Shown here piece by piece: positions 14,403 through 28,929 of a DNA stretch of 64,000 nucleotides. The DNA comes from the human T2T-CHM13v2.0 reference genome, Homo sapiens, in assembly GCF_009914755.1 (NCBI RefSeq), contig NC_060947.1; one strand, 5' to 3'. Position numbers and translations under genes: made by a program. Each line of letters opens with the position of its first letter. The stretch's first letter is position 1. The notes below the pieces were generated by a model that searched no databases, had not been told where the DNA came from, and was given only the letters and a program-made list of their open reading frames with translations.

Positions 14403-14839
14403 TCAAACTCATAAAAACAGATAGTAGAATGATGGTATCAGAGGCTTGGTGGAGAGGGAAATGGGAAGACTTTGGTCAAAGAGTACACATTGTCAGTTAT
14501 GCAAGATGAATAATTTCTGGAGAGCTAAGGTATAGCATAAGCACACTCACCATAGTTAACAACATTGCTGGTATATTTAAAAGTTTTTAAGAGGGTAAAC
14601 CTTAAGAGTTCTTGCCACACACACACACACGCACACACATGAAAAAAATAGAAAAGGAAATGGTAACTATGTGAGGTGATTGATATGTTAATTAATTTGA
14701 TTGAAGTGATTATTTCACAATATATGCATATATCAAAATATCAAGTTGTTCATGTTAAATATATACAATTTTTGTTAGTCAATTATATCTTAAAGCTGAA
14801 AACAATTTAAAAGTTTTAAGTAAGCAAAAAAGTTTTGAT

Positions 14840-16305
14840 ACCTTTCAAAATCCTCACGTCCAATTACTATCACATAGGGAATTAGACATCAACATATACA
14901 TTTCTGGGAATACAAATATTCAGTCCATATCATTCCACCACTTACCTCTTAAAATTCATGTCTTTCTCATAGGCAAAAGAATTGCATTCTATCCCGACTG
15001 CTCCAAGAGTCCTAACTCCTTCCACCATCAACTTTAACATCTGTAGTTCGAAGTTTCATGTAAATATTATCTAGAACAGATATGGGTGAAACTCAAGATA
15101 CAATCCTGAAGCAAAATTTCTCTCCAGATGTGAATCTATGAAACCAAAAAAGTTATATGCTTTCAAATGCAGTGATGGGATGGGCACGGAATAGACATTC
15201 CCATTTTGTAAAAAAGATTAGGGAAGAAGCAAGGGATAACAGGTTCTACACAAATCTAAAACCTATAACAGCAAACAATATGAGTTCCTAGAACTCAATG
15301 ATAATCCTCTTTGGCTCTACGTTCTGCCTTCCAGACTCACTGGGGTGGTGATTCTGCCTACAGGACTCACTGAGGTTGGATTATGCCCCCACAAATATGA
15401 GTAGCCCTACCCTCATGCCTGTGCTATTAGTAGTCCCACTCTTTGAAACCAAGGTGGAGGTAATCCTGCTCCCCAGGTTCAACACTCTGGATCTGTGGCT
15501 GGAGTGGCAGCCTTAATCCAGAGATCATCTTTGGCATACTTCTCTTGTCCTGAAGAATAGCACACATTTTACAGCCAAATAGCTCTATAATCTGGTCCTA
15601 TAGTATCTAAAAAGTCTGATGGCCTTCTTTCATCCTATCATGTCTTCCTTCAGTTCAAATTAGCAGTGTTTCTGCTGGGGTGGCTGATTAAGACTGTGCT
15701 TCACACCCATACTGATCCTTTTATCAAACAGTTGTTGGGCAATTTGCAATATGAATAGGCTGCAATATGGATAGGTTGCATATGTATAGGCTGAGAAATC
15801 TCTAAGTATTTTTCTGCTCATTTTTGTTTAACAACTCCGTCTTCAATATGTTTCTTTCTTCTTACATTTTATTATAATCAGTCAGGAGTAACCAAGCTGT
15901 TCCTTCAATACTTAGCTTAGAAATCTCAGCTAAATATCTATCTTTATTTCTTGCAAGTTCTATATTCCAGAAAGCACTAGAACATGAATACAATTCAGCC
16001 AAGTTCTTTGCCACTTTATAACAAGGATTACCTTTTCTCCCTTGTCTAATAACCTTTCTTATTCCCATCTAAGACTTCATTACATTGACCTTCACCATTC
16101 ATATTTCTACCAACATTCTATACATGATTGTTTGTGTTCTTTATGAAAATGGGAGCTTCTTCTCCAGGTCTCTATGTCCTGTCTAACACCCACCAGAATT
16201 GCTTTGAATAGTTCATTCAGGGAAATATTGGTTTTATTTAGCATGTATATCAGTACTCTTTCAGCCTTTACTTATTATCCAGTTCCAAAGTAACTTCCAC
16301 ATTTC
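14840..16305 (-). mobile_element. MaLR (MLT1A/MST-type) LTR remnant plus internal sequence
   Basis: LTR end caaatattcagtccatatca (~14932), then internal motifs ccaagttctttgccactttataacaaggat and agttccaaagtaacttccacattt. These are homologous in reverse to 39000-39450. Confidence 0.8.
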
Positions 16306-17261
16306 TCCCATCCAGAGCATTTATTTTAGAATTCAGTTCAGTATAGAAAAATGAAGATGATGCAACCCATTATTTTTGAGTTTATAAATGTATGGGATAA
16401 AATGTCTCACCCATTCAACATAACTAATTGTGAAGTTAAAAATCTAATTTGTTATTTAAACACTAATGAACAGACATTACAGAACCAAAGACATCTCCTT
16501 AGCTAACAACCTGTACTAAGAGTACTTTTCTTAGTTTTGGTTTCAGCTGCAATAATACAAAATTTTTAAAACTATCTCCAGTCATTTTGTCACTTAACAT
16601 CATGACTCCAAAAATAATAAAAAGCAAAAATATCCAGGAATCAGCATACTAATAAATCTCATAGGTATAAAAATATTATTCTTTTCAAAGCTAATGACTA
16701 ATACTATTCAAATAAGTATGGTTTTTAAAACAGAAGTTTGCCTTTCTGAAGCCATTTAATGGATATAACACTACAAAAAAATACATCCAAGTCAACAGAA
16801 CATTTTTCAGATTTTAAACTTTATTAATATCAGTACACAATCCTGATTTCCCATTTTTAATTTTTTTCAACTTTTATTTTAGGTTCAGGGGTAAATATGT
16901 AGGTTTAATAGGTAAATTGTGTTTCACAGATGTTTGGTGTACAAATTATTTTGTCACCCAAGTAATAAGCACAGTACTTTATACGCAGTTTTTCCATCCT
17001 CACCCTCCTCCCAGCTTCCACCTTCATGTAGGTTCCAGTCTAGGTTGTTCCCTTCTTTATATCCTAATGTACTCAAAGTTTAGCTCCCAGTTATAAGTGA
17101 AAACATTTGGAATTTGGTTTTCTGTTCCAGTGTTAGTTTGCTTAGGATACTGGCCTGCTGCCTTTTATGTCCAAAATGGTATTTCCCAGGTTGCAGCTCC
17201 ATCCATGTTGATGCAAAGGACATGATCTCATTCTTTTTTATGGCTGCATCGAATTCCATGG

Positions 17262-17430
17262 TATGTATGTATGTATGCATGTGTATATGTGTGTGCATGT
17301 GTGCATATGTGTGTGTACACATACATATATATACATATATGTGTATATGTATATATTTGTGTATATATATGTGTGTGTATATATACATATATGTGTACGT
17401 GTGTGTGTGTATACACATATATATGTATAT
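17262..17430. repeat. (TG)/(TA) compound microsatellite
   Basis: gtatgtatgtatgcatgtgtatatgtgtgtg... run. Confidence 0.95.
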
Positions 17431-17792
17431 AACATTTTCTTCATCTAGTCTGCCATTGATGGGTACTTAGGTTGATTCCATGTCTTTGTTATGGTTACTT
17501 GTGCTGTGCTGAACATGTATATGCATGGGTCTTTATGATGGAATGATTTGTATTCCTTTGGGTATATACCCAATTATGGGATTTCTAGGTCAGAAGGTAA
17601 TTCTGTTTTATTTGAGAAATCACCAAACTGGTTTCCACAATGACTAACCTAATTTACTTTCCCATGATCATTGCATAAATGTTCCCTGTTGTCCCCAAAC
17701 ATACAAGCATCTGTTACTTTTTGACTTTTAATAATAGCCATTCTGACTGGTGGGAGATGGTATCTCATTGTGGGTTTAATTTGCATTTTTCT

Positions 17793-18547
<755 letters not shown>

Positions 18548-19281
18548 TAATTTGCATTTTTCTAATGATTGATGATGTTGAGCATTTTTTCCTATGCTTT
18601 TTGGCTGCATTTATGTCTTCTTTTGAAAAGTGTTTGTTCATGTTCTTTGCCCAGTTTTTCATGGGATTGTTTGTTTGTTTGCTTTTTGTAAAGTTGTTTA
18701 AGTTCCTTACAGATGCTGAATATTAGACCTTTGTCAGATGCTTACTTTGCAAATATTTTCTCCCATTCTGTAGATTATCTGTTTACTCTATTGATAGTTT
18801 CTTTTGCTGTGCAAAAGATCTTTTGTTTAATTAGGTCCTTTTTGTCATTTCTTTTGTTCTTATTTTAACTGATTTTTGGTATCTTCATCATGAAATCTTT
18901 GCTACCTTCTATGTCCAAAATGGTATTTCCCAGGTTATCTTCCAGAGTTTTCATAGCAAAGTTTTAATTCCTCTTGAGTTAATTTTTGTATATGATGAAA
19001 ATAAGGAATCCAGTTTAAATCTTCTGCATATGGCTAGCCAGTTATTCCAGCACCATTTAATAAATAAATAATCCTTTCCCCATTGCTTCTTTTTGTTAAT
19101 TTTGTTGAAGATCAGATGGTTGTAGGTAAGAGGCTTTGTTTCTGAGCTCTCTATTCTGTTTCATTGGTCTATATGTCTGTGTCTGGTTTTATACCATTAC
19201 AATGATTGTTTTGGTTACTATAGCCTTGTAGTATAGAAGTATAGATTGAACCCAGTTAATATAATGCCTCCAGTTTTGTGA

Positions 19282-19322
19282 TGTGTGTGTGTGTGTGTGT
19301 GTATGTGTGTGTGTGTGTGTAT
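19282..19322. repeat. (TG)n microsatellite
   Basis: Direct tgtgtg run. Confidence 0.95.
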
Positions 19323-21026
19323 AGGGTTGCCTTGGCTACTTGGGCTTTTTTTGCTTCCATATGAATTTTCAAATAATATTTTTCTAATTGTGTGAAAAAT
19401 GTCATTGGTAGTTTGATAATGATAGCATTGAATCTGCAAATTGTTTTGGATAGTATGGCCATTTTAATAATATTGATTGTTCCTATTCACAAACACAACA
19501 TGTTTTTCCATTTGTTTGTGTCATCTCTGATTTCTGTAAGCAACATTTTGTAATTCTCATTGTAGATGTCTTTCACCTTCTTGGTTAGCTCTATTCCTAG
19601 GTATTTTATTCTTTTTATTGCTATTGTGGGTGGGATTGCATTCTTGACATGGCTCTCAGGTTGAACAATGCTGGTGCACATCAATGCTACTGATTATTGT
19701 ACATTCATTTTGTATCCTAAAAGTGTGCTGAAGTTGTTTATAAGCAGCTTTGGGGCAGAGACTGTGTGGTTTTCTAGGTAAAGAATCACATCATCTGCAA
19801 ACAGGAACAGTTTGATTTTCACTGTTCCTATTTGGATGGCTTTTATTTCTTTCTCTTTCTTGATTGCTCTGGTTAAGACTTCCAGTATTATTTTGAATAA
19901 TAGTGGTGAGAGAGGGCATCCTTGTCGTTTTCTGGTTTTCAAGAGGAATGCATTTAACTTTTGCCCATTCAGTATCGTATTGGCTGTGGGGCTGTCATAG
20001 ATGGCTCTCGTAATTTTGAAGTATGTTCCTTCAATGTTTCGTTTATTGAAGGTTTTTAATATGAAGTGATGTTGAATTTTATCAAAAGCCTTTTCTGTAT
20101 CCACTGAAATAATCATGTGGTTTTTGTGTTTAATTCCATTTATGTGGTGAATCACATTTATTGATTTGTATATGTTGAACCAATCTTGCATCCCAGGGAT
20201 AAAGCCTACTTGATAGTGGTGAATTCCTTTTTGTTTTGTTTGTTTCTATGTGCTGCTAGATTTGGTCTGCTAGTATTTTGTTGAGTATTTTTGCATCTAT
20301 GTTCATCAAAGTTATTGGACTGAAGTCTTCTTTTACGTTGTGTCTTTGCCAGGTTTCGGTATCAGGATGCTGCTGGCCTCATAGAATGTGATAGAGGGGA
20401 GTCCTACCTTCTCAGTTTTTTGAAACACTTTCAGTAAGAATGGTACCAGTTCTTCTTTATGCATCTGGTAGAATTTGGCTATGAATTCTTCTGGTCCTGG
20501 GCTTTTTCTGGTTAGCAAGCTTCTCATTACTCATTCAAATTTGGAACTCATTATTGGTCTATTTAGGGATCCAATTTCTTCCTGATTTAATCTATGGAGG
20601 TTGTATGTCTCCAGGAATTTATCCACTTCTTCTAAGTTTTCTATCATGTGTGCATAGAGGTGTACATAATAGTCTCTGAGGGTTTTTCTATTTCTCTGGG
20701 GTCAGTGGTAACATCCCTTTTATAGTTTCTGATAGTGTTTGTTTGGATCTCATCTCTTTTTTTTCTTTATTAGTCTAGCTAGTGGTCTATCTATTTTACT
20801 AATTCTTAAAAGAACTAGCTCCTGTATTCATTGTTATTTTGAATGTTTTTTGCATCTGAATTTCCTTCAGTTTAGCTCTGATTTTGGTTATTTCTTGCCT
20901 TCTCCTTGCGTTGAGGTTGGTTTGCCCTTGTTTCTATAGTTCCTCTAGTTGTGATGTTAGCTTGTTAATTTGAGATCTTTCTAACTTTTTTGGGTGGGTG
21001 TTTAGTGCTGTGAACTTCTCTCCTAA

Positions 21027-21391
21027 CACAACAAACATTTATTTCCCATAGATCTGCAGGCTATGAAATTCAAGAGAAAGGTACTGGCAGACCCAGTGTC
21101 TGGATATTTCCCACCTCTTGGCTTATAGACACATTCTTTCTTGATGTTTCATCACATGGCTGAGAGACAAATACAGAGAGAGAAAGAGAGAGGTTGTAGG
21201 GAGACAGATAGAGAGAGAAAGAGAGAGGGAGAGAGATTGTATATTTGTCTCTTCTTAAAAGGGCACTAATTCAATTCACGAGGCTTCCATCATCATGACC
21301 AAATCAGCTCCCACAGCACCTCCAAATATCATACCACTGGGAATCAGGCTTCAACATATGAATTTGGAGTGTACACATCCAGCCCATAACA
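21027..21391 (-). mobile_element. MaLR LTR (MSTD/MLT1A-like) with a (GA)n tract
   Basis: aacaaacatttatttc...tcttcttaaaagggcactaat...ttcaacatatgaattt...cagcccataaca. Confidence 0.82.
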
Positions 21392-21399
21392 ACCTCCAG

Positions 21400-23800
21400 A
21401 TATAATATTTAAAAGTATTTGCTTTCTATATGTATTAAAATGATCATGTTTATTCTTTATTCCCCCAAAATATAAATTGCACTTATTTTTGAAAGCTAAG
21501 ACAAATTTATATTTTGGCTTATTAAGTGTTTTTTGTTTGTTTGTTAACTTTAAATAGAAACTGTCCTCTAATTTTTATTTATTCTACTGCTCTTATGAGG
21601 TTTTGTTTTTGAAGATGTAAGTTAGAAAGGGTTTTGTTGCCCACTATCTAAAGAAGATATACAGTTCATGTTACTTCTTTCTTAAATATTTGAAGAAATT
21701 TACCAAGAATGCCTTCTCATCGTGGAGTGCTTTGTTTCACTTTGTTTTGTTTACCCTGATAAAACTTTTGATTATAGATTAAATATATTTATTTGAAATA
21801 AGAATATTAATATTTTCTATTTGTTCTGTGTCACTCTTCATAAGTGGCATTTTAAGGAATTTGCGCATTTTATCCAAATATTTAAATCTTTTTGTAACAA
21901 AGATGTTTATAATATCCTCCTATCCTCCTGTCCATAGGATCTATAATGGTCTCCCATTTTTCATTTCTCTAATGTAATGAGCAATTTGGGTATATTCACC
22001 TTCTCCCTCTCTATATTTTTTTCATCTTTCACATTAGTGGTTAATAAATTTGATTAATCTTTATAAACATCCAATTTTTGCATTTGTCAATTTTATTTAT
22101 TTTACATTTCTTCATTGATTCTTCAGAATTGTTTTAATTATTCCATCTTTTACCATTTAACTTGTCATTTTTATTTTCTGTTACTGTAGATTTAGTGACA
22201 TATTTCCTTGACATATTACTGTGTAATTTACTAATTTTATCACTTTGCAAGTAAATACATTACAATATTGAATACCATTTATGCACTGTAAATCTTTTAT
22301 GTTATTGTTATGAAGTATTTTAATTCTCCATATATTTTAAGCCCAACAGCACAGTAATATTATTATTATTACTGCTTTCTAGAGTAAATATTTATTTAAG
22401 TTAACCAGATATTTACCCTTTGATTATTCTATGTATCTTTATAAATCCCCATGCTTCTATGTGAGATCATATTTTTTTACCTGAATAAATCATTTTTAAC
22501 ATTTTCTTTTAGTGAGAGTCTACCTGTGAGAAATGCTCTTGTGTTTATTTGTCAAAAATATATTTATTGTACCTTCATTTTGATAATTTTTTGTGCATAG
22601 AACTCTAAATTAGGCAGCTATTTTTTCCTGAATTTTAATATGTCATTTTATTGTTTTCTGCTCATTCTTGTTGAAAAATTAGTTGCCAGTATTATGTTAC
22701 TTATTAGATAGTAGCATGTCTTATACATTCCCTTTTGTTGCTTTAAGATTTTTTCATATCTTTGGTTTTTATCAGTAAGGTACTTAGATTTGGCTTAATT
22801 TATATTTATTCTCTTGGTGTTCAGGAGCTTCTCAAATCTATGGATTGATATTTTACTGAGTTCAAAAACATCTTAGCAATAATTTCTTCAAATGTTGCTT
22901 CCAAATCATTCTTCCTCTATTCTTCTGGGACTATAATTATATGTATTTTTGACTTTTTTTTTTAACTTTCTGTGATATTTTCTATTTGCCTATGTTATCT
23001 TACACTAATGTTGTCTTTCATTGTTTCTAATACTATTTCACTCATCTACAGAAAACATGATTTCAGTGACTTAATTGTACAGCTCTAAAATTTCAATGGT
23101 GCTTATTTTTACACATCTCATTTTTCTCATGAAATTGTCTACACTGTATATTTAAAATATTTATATTTATTGTAAAGTCTATAACTGATCATTTCAGTAT
23201 TTGGATTATCAATGTGTTTCTTAATCTATTTTTTCCTTTTGGATATTGTTTATTTCTTCCAGATTTTTAGTATGATATTTGGTAAATATTTATTGACCAT
23301 AATGCATGCAAATATTTGAAGACTCCAGATAATTTTATTTTATTCCAGAGAGGATTTATATCCATTCTGACTAACATTAAGAATATTTCATATCCCTTTG
23401 ATCTAGCAAAAATTGAAAAAATTTAAGGTGAAATTCTCATCCAATAAGAGCTTTCTGGACATTATTATATCCTTCAGGATACTCAGTGGAGGCTTGGTTT
23501 AGAGTCCCTCCTCCTAGGAAGATTTTGAACACTGAAATACGTCTGTTCCGTTTCATAAAACTGCTCGAACTCTATGCTGTGACTATGTACTTTTCCCCTT
23601 AGCCCTTGTTTTTGTACATCTTATGAGTTAACAAATGCTCTGATTGTAAACGTTGTGGATAAATTTGGCTCACCACAAATCTTGGCTTAGTTGCTCTCCA
23701 ATGTCTTCAAACACTTGTTTTAGTATTGTTTCCCTTTTTTTGCTTGTTCTCAGCAGATGTATTGCTCAGAATGAAGCTACATCGTAATAGCTGCAAGGAG
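21400..23800 (-). mobile_element. Very old L1M/L1ME fragments (ORF2, ORF1 and 5' parts)
   Basis: T-rich degenerate antisense L1, e.g. gcttctcaaatctatggattgatat and taatttcttcaaat...cttctgggactataattat. Confidence 0.6.
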
Positions 23801-23979
23801 AAGTCCGTCTTTACAAAATTACATATTATATAATAACTACGATAATATACTATATATTGTCTTCTTGACATCAATAATGAAATAATGATCCTTAATAAAC
23901 TAAAACATTGAGTTTACCTGCATTTACTTTCTATTTTTATGCCTCCCATTTCCTTGCAATTTAGGGCTTATATACTTTT

Positions 23980-24009
23980 TACTTTTTAATTTTTTGGTAC
24001 AAGTTAAGT

Positions 24010-24040
<31 letters not shown>

Positions 24041-26739
24041 GTGTACATGAAATATTTTAATACAGTCACACAATGCATAACAATATCAAGGTAAGTGGGG
24101 TATTTATTGCCTCAAACACTTATCATTTCTGTGTGTTACAAACATCCCAATTGTACTATTTTATTTATTTTAATAAGTATTATTTATTATTGTTAACTAT
24201 AGTCACCCTATTGTGCTGTAAAAAACTAGATCTTATTCATTCTAGCATTATTTTTGTAACCATTAACCATACCAAACTGCCCCCGTCCCTCACCCACTAC
24301 TCTTAGCAGACTCTGGAAACAATTCTACTTTCAGTCACCATGAGTTCAATTGTTTTAATTTAAGGCTTCCAAAAATAAGTAAGAACCTGTGAAGTTAGTC
24401 TTACTGTGCCTGGCATATTTCACTTACCATAATGTCCTCCAGTTCCTTCTATGTTGCTGAAAATGATGGAATCTTATTTTTTATGGCTGAATAGTGCTCC
24501 ATTGTATATATGTACCATGTTTTCTTTATCCATTCATTCATGCATGAACACTTAGATTGCTTCCAATTCTTGCCTATTTTGAATAGTGCTGCAATAAACA
24601 TGGAAGTGAAGATACAGCATTGATATATTGATTTCCTTTTTTGGGTTGATGTGGGCAGTATATACCTAACAGTTAAATTGCTGAATCACATGATCATTCT
24701 ATTTTTATTTTTTTGAGGAACCTCCATACTGTTCTTCACAGCAGCTGTAGTAACTTACATACCCTTCAACAGTGTGCTAGACATCCTTTTTCTCCAGATC
24801 CCTGTCAACATTTATTATTGCCTGCTTTTGGATAAAAGCTGTTTTAACTGGGGTGTGATTATATCTTCTTGTAGTTGTGATTTGCATTTCTCTGATGATC
24901 AGTTATGTTGTGCACCTTTTCATATACCTGTTTTCCATTTGCATGTCTTCTGTTGATAAATGTCTATTGAAATCATTTGCCAATTTTAAAATCAGATTAT
25001 TATATTTTTTCCTAGAGTTTTTCAAGCTCCTTATATATTCTGGTTATTAGTTCTTTGCCAGATAGATGGTTTGCAAATATTTTCTCCCATTCTGTGGACT
25101 TTCTCTTCACTGGGCTGATTGTATCCTTTGCTGTACAGAAGCTTTTAAACATGATGTGATCTCATTTGTCCAGGTTTGCTTTGGTTGCCTGTGTTTGTGG
25201 GGGTATTGATTAAGAAATATTTGCTCAGACCAATGTTCTGAAGATTTTCCACAATGTCTTCTTTTAGTCATTTCATAGTTTGAGGTCTTCATTTAAGTGT
25301 TTAATCCATTTTGGGTTGATTTTTGTATATAGTGATAGATAGGGGTCTAGTTTCATTCTTCTGCATATGGATAGCCAGTTTTCCCAGAAGCCTTTATTGA
25401 AGAGATGGTCCATTCCCCAATGTATATTCTTGACACTTCTGTTGAAACTCATTAGGTTGGTGCAAAAGCATCAGGAGCATATTGTTTAACTTCTATGTGT
25501 TTGTACAGTTTCCAAAGATTTTCTTGTTATTAATTTCTAGTTTTATTGCATTGTGGTGAGAGAAGATACTTGGTATAATTTCAATTGTTTCGATTTTTTA
25601 AACTCTTGTCTAGTGGCCTAGTATATGGACCATTCTTGAGAATAATCAGTGTGCTGGGGAGAAATATGTGTATTCCGCAGCCATTGGATGAAACGTTCTG
25701 TAAATATATATTAGGTCCATTTGGCCTAAAGTGCAGATTAAATCTGATGATTTTCTTTCCGTCTGAATGATCTGTACAATGCTGAAGGTGGGGTGCTGAT
25801 GTCTACAACTTTTATTTTATTGGGGTCTATCTCTCTTTTATTTCTGATATTATTTGCTTTGTATATCTGAATACTCCCATATTGGGTGAGTATGTATTTA
25901 CGATTATTATATCCTTTTGCTGAATTGACCTCTTTATCACTTTATAATGACATTCTTTTTACTTTTTATGGTTTTTGTCTCAAAAATTATTTTATTTGAT
26001 ATAAATATAGCTTCTCCTGATCTTTTTTACATTTCCATTTGCATAAAGTATTTATTCCATTCCTTTGTTTTCAGTCTATGTGTGTCTTTATAGGTGCAGT
26101 TGGATTGTTGTAAACAACAGATTGTTGGGTCTTGTTTTTTTAATTGATTCAGCCTTTCTATGTCTTTTGATTGGAGAGTTTAGTCCATTTACATTTAGTG
26201 TTATTATTGATAAGTTAGGACTTAAGATGAGCCTTCCAAATAACACCTTATAACCAATTATTTTTAATGAATGATAACACTAACTGCAAAGGCAAACAAA
26301 TAATCTAACAAACAAGCAAAGAGAAAACTAATGAAAAATCTACACTTCAACTTCATCCACTCTGCTTTTAATAGTTTTGATACTTCAAATTTTTTCTTAT
26401 TATGATATGTCTTTATAACTTGTTATAGTTATTATTTTGATCAGTTCATATTTTAGCCTTTCAGGTTAAAATATGAGTGGTTTACACACAACAAATATTG
26501 CTATAATAGTTTGTGTTTTTCTGTGTACTTACTATTACCAGTGAGTTTTGTATCTTCAGATAACTTTTTATTGCTCGTTAATATTCTTTTCTTTGAGACT
26601 GTAGAACTCCCTTTAGCATTTCTTATAAAACAGATCTGGTGTTGATGAAATCACTCAGCATTGTTTGTTTGGAAAAGTGTTTATTTCTCCTTCATGTCTG
26701 AAGGATATTTTCACTAGATATCTTATTCTAGGGTAAAAG

Positions 26740-26779
<40 letters not shown>

Positions 26780-28920
26780 CCCTCTTCTTCAGTGCTTTAA
26801 ATATGTCATACCATTTCCCACTGGCCTGCAAGAATTCCACTGAGAAGTCTGCTTCCAGACATGTTTAAGCTCCATTCTATTTTTGTTTCTTTTATCTTGT
26901 TGCTTATGGAATACTTTCTTTATCTTTTTCCTTTGGTATTTTGATTATCAAACGCCTTGTGGTAGTCTTATTTGGTTAAATCTGTTTGATGTTCTATAAC
27001 CTTCTTGTACTTGAATATTGACATGTTTCTCTAAGTTTGGGATATTCTCTGTTATTATCACTTTGAATAAACTTTATTCCTCAATCTCTGTCTCTACCTC
27101 CTCTTTAAGACCAATAACTCTTAGATTTGTTCTTTTGATGTTATTTTTTAAAGATATTTTCAATATGCTTTATTCTTTTTTATTTTTTCTCTTCTGACTT
27201 TGTGTTTTCAAATTGCCATTCTTTAAGGTCACTAATTCTTTCTTCTGCTTGATCAATTCTACTATTGAGAGACTCTGATGCATTCTTCAGTATGTCAATT
27301 AAATGTTTCAGCTTCAAATATTCAGCTTCATTTTTAAAAACTATTTTATTCTATTAGTTAAATTTATCTAACAAGATTCTTAATTCCTTCTCAGTGATCT
27401 TTTGAATTTTGTTGAGTTTCCTCAAAAAAGCTACTTTAAATTTTGTGTCTGTAAGTTCACCCATCTCTCTCTCTGTCTGGGTTTGGTCACTGGTGACTTC
27501 TTTAGTTTATTTGGTGAGGTCATACTTTCTTGGATGATCTTGAAGCTAAGGAATGTTCATCCATGTCCAGGCATTAAAGAGTTTGGGATTTACTCTACTC
27601 TTCACTATCTGGGTTTGTACCAGTCCCCTTTGGAAGGATTTTCCAGTATTCAAAGAGAATTGAGTGTTGTGATTTAAGTCTCTGGTCACTGCAACTGAAT
27701 CTGCATTAGAGGGCACTGTAAGTCCAATAATGTTGTGACTCTTGCAGATTTTTAGAGATACCTCCTCGGTAGTCTTTATTAAGATCTGAGAAAATTTTTG
27801 GATTACCCAACAGAGACTCTTGTTCTATTTCCTTACTTTCCCACAAACAAACAGAGTCTGTCTGTGCTGAGTTGCCTGGAGCTAGTGGATGAGTGACACA
27901 GGCACCCCATGGCTACCACCCTGGAACTTTGCTGCGTAAGACCTGAGGGAATACAGCACAGGGTATTGTTAATACACATCGTGACCACTGCCTGGCTACT
28001 ATCAACACAAATTCAAGGCCCAAGCCCTCTTCATTCAGCACATGGCAAGTCTTGTTAGGCTTTTGTCCTTTCTTTCAGGGCATCGAGTTTCTTTCCAGCC
28101 CACGGCAGGTCCAGATATGCCATCCAGGAGCCAGAGCCTGGAGCCAGGAACCTCAAGAATCTACTTCTCCTCTAATCTACTGTGGCTAGGCTGGCACTCA
28201 AGAAACAAGATAAATTTGTTCTGATGCATTCATCTCCTTTTATCAAGCGGAAAGGGTCCCTCTCCATGGCCATCACTGCCCCATGGTCATAGCACGTTTT
28301 GCCTGGCTACTGCCGCTGTTCACTCAATGCTCACAGGCTCTTTAATCAGCTTGTGGTGAATGCTGCCAGGCCTGGGTATCTCCCTTCAGGGCAGCAGGCT
28401 CCCCTCTGATCACAGGCTGGTCCAGAAATGCCATCCAGGGGCCAAGGCCTGGAATAGGGAACCCCAAGAGCCTGCTTGGTGCTCTACCCCACTGTGGTCA
28501 AGCTGGTTCCCAAGCTGCAAGACTAAATCCCCTTTATATTTCTCTCCTTTTCTTAAACAGAATGCATCTCTACCTGTGGCCTCCATAGCTAGGAATGCAC
28601 TGGGTCACACCTGAAGCTTGCATATTCCTGGGTCTTATGCAAGGCTCATGGTAAGTACTACCTTGGCTACCACTGATGTTCATTCTTGGCCCAAGTGCTG
28701 TTTAGTCAGCAGGTGATAAATCATGCCAGTACTAGGTCCTTCACTTCAAAGCAGATGGTTTCTTTCTGGACCAATATGTGTCTAGAAATGTCATCTAGGA
28801 GCTAGGGCCTGGAATGGGAACCTCCAGATTCTGCCTGGTTTCTTATTCTACTTTGGCTGAGTTTGTATCCAAGTTGCAAAACAAAGTCCTATTTATTCCC
28901 TCATCTCCATTCCTTTTTTC
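23980..28920 (-). mobile_element. L1MA2/3-like element: 3' UTR, ORF2 with ~2-kb internal deletion, ORF1 and repeated 5' region
   Basis: The 3' UTR is the reverse-complement homologue of 6500-7050. ORF 26655-26840 (WYDIFKALK...FYPRIRYLVKISFRHEGEINTFPNKQ) is the ORF1p C-terminus. (TG)n at 26742-26776. Confidence 0.88.
27985..28900 (-). repeat. Three diverged ~320-350-bp monomers in the L1M 5' region
   Basis: cctggctac...tccagaaatgccatccagg...gcctgga...caagttgcaa(g)acaaa recurs near 27990, 28300 and 28660. Confidence 0.75.
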
Positions 28921-28929
28921 TCTACACTG

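Noticed and set aside
19694-20191. Reverse-transcriptase ORF as a possible novel RT system
   Set aside because: An ordinary fragment of decayed L1 ORF2, flanked by stops and frameshifts.
27985-28900. Regularly spaced repeats as a possible CRISPR-like array
   Set aside because: These are long diverged monomers of an L1M 5' region, with no short repeat-spacer structure and no cas genes, in eukaryotic DNA.
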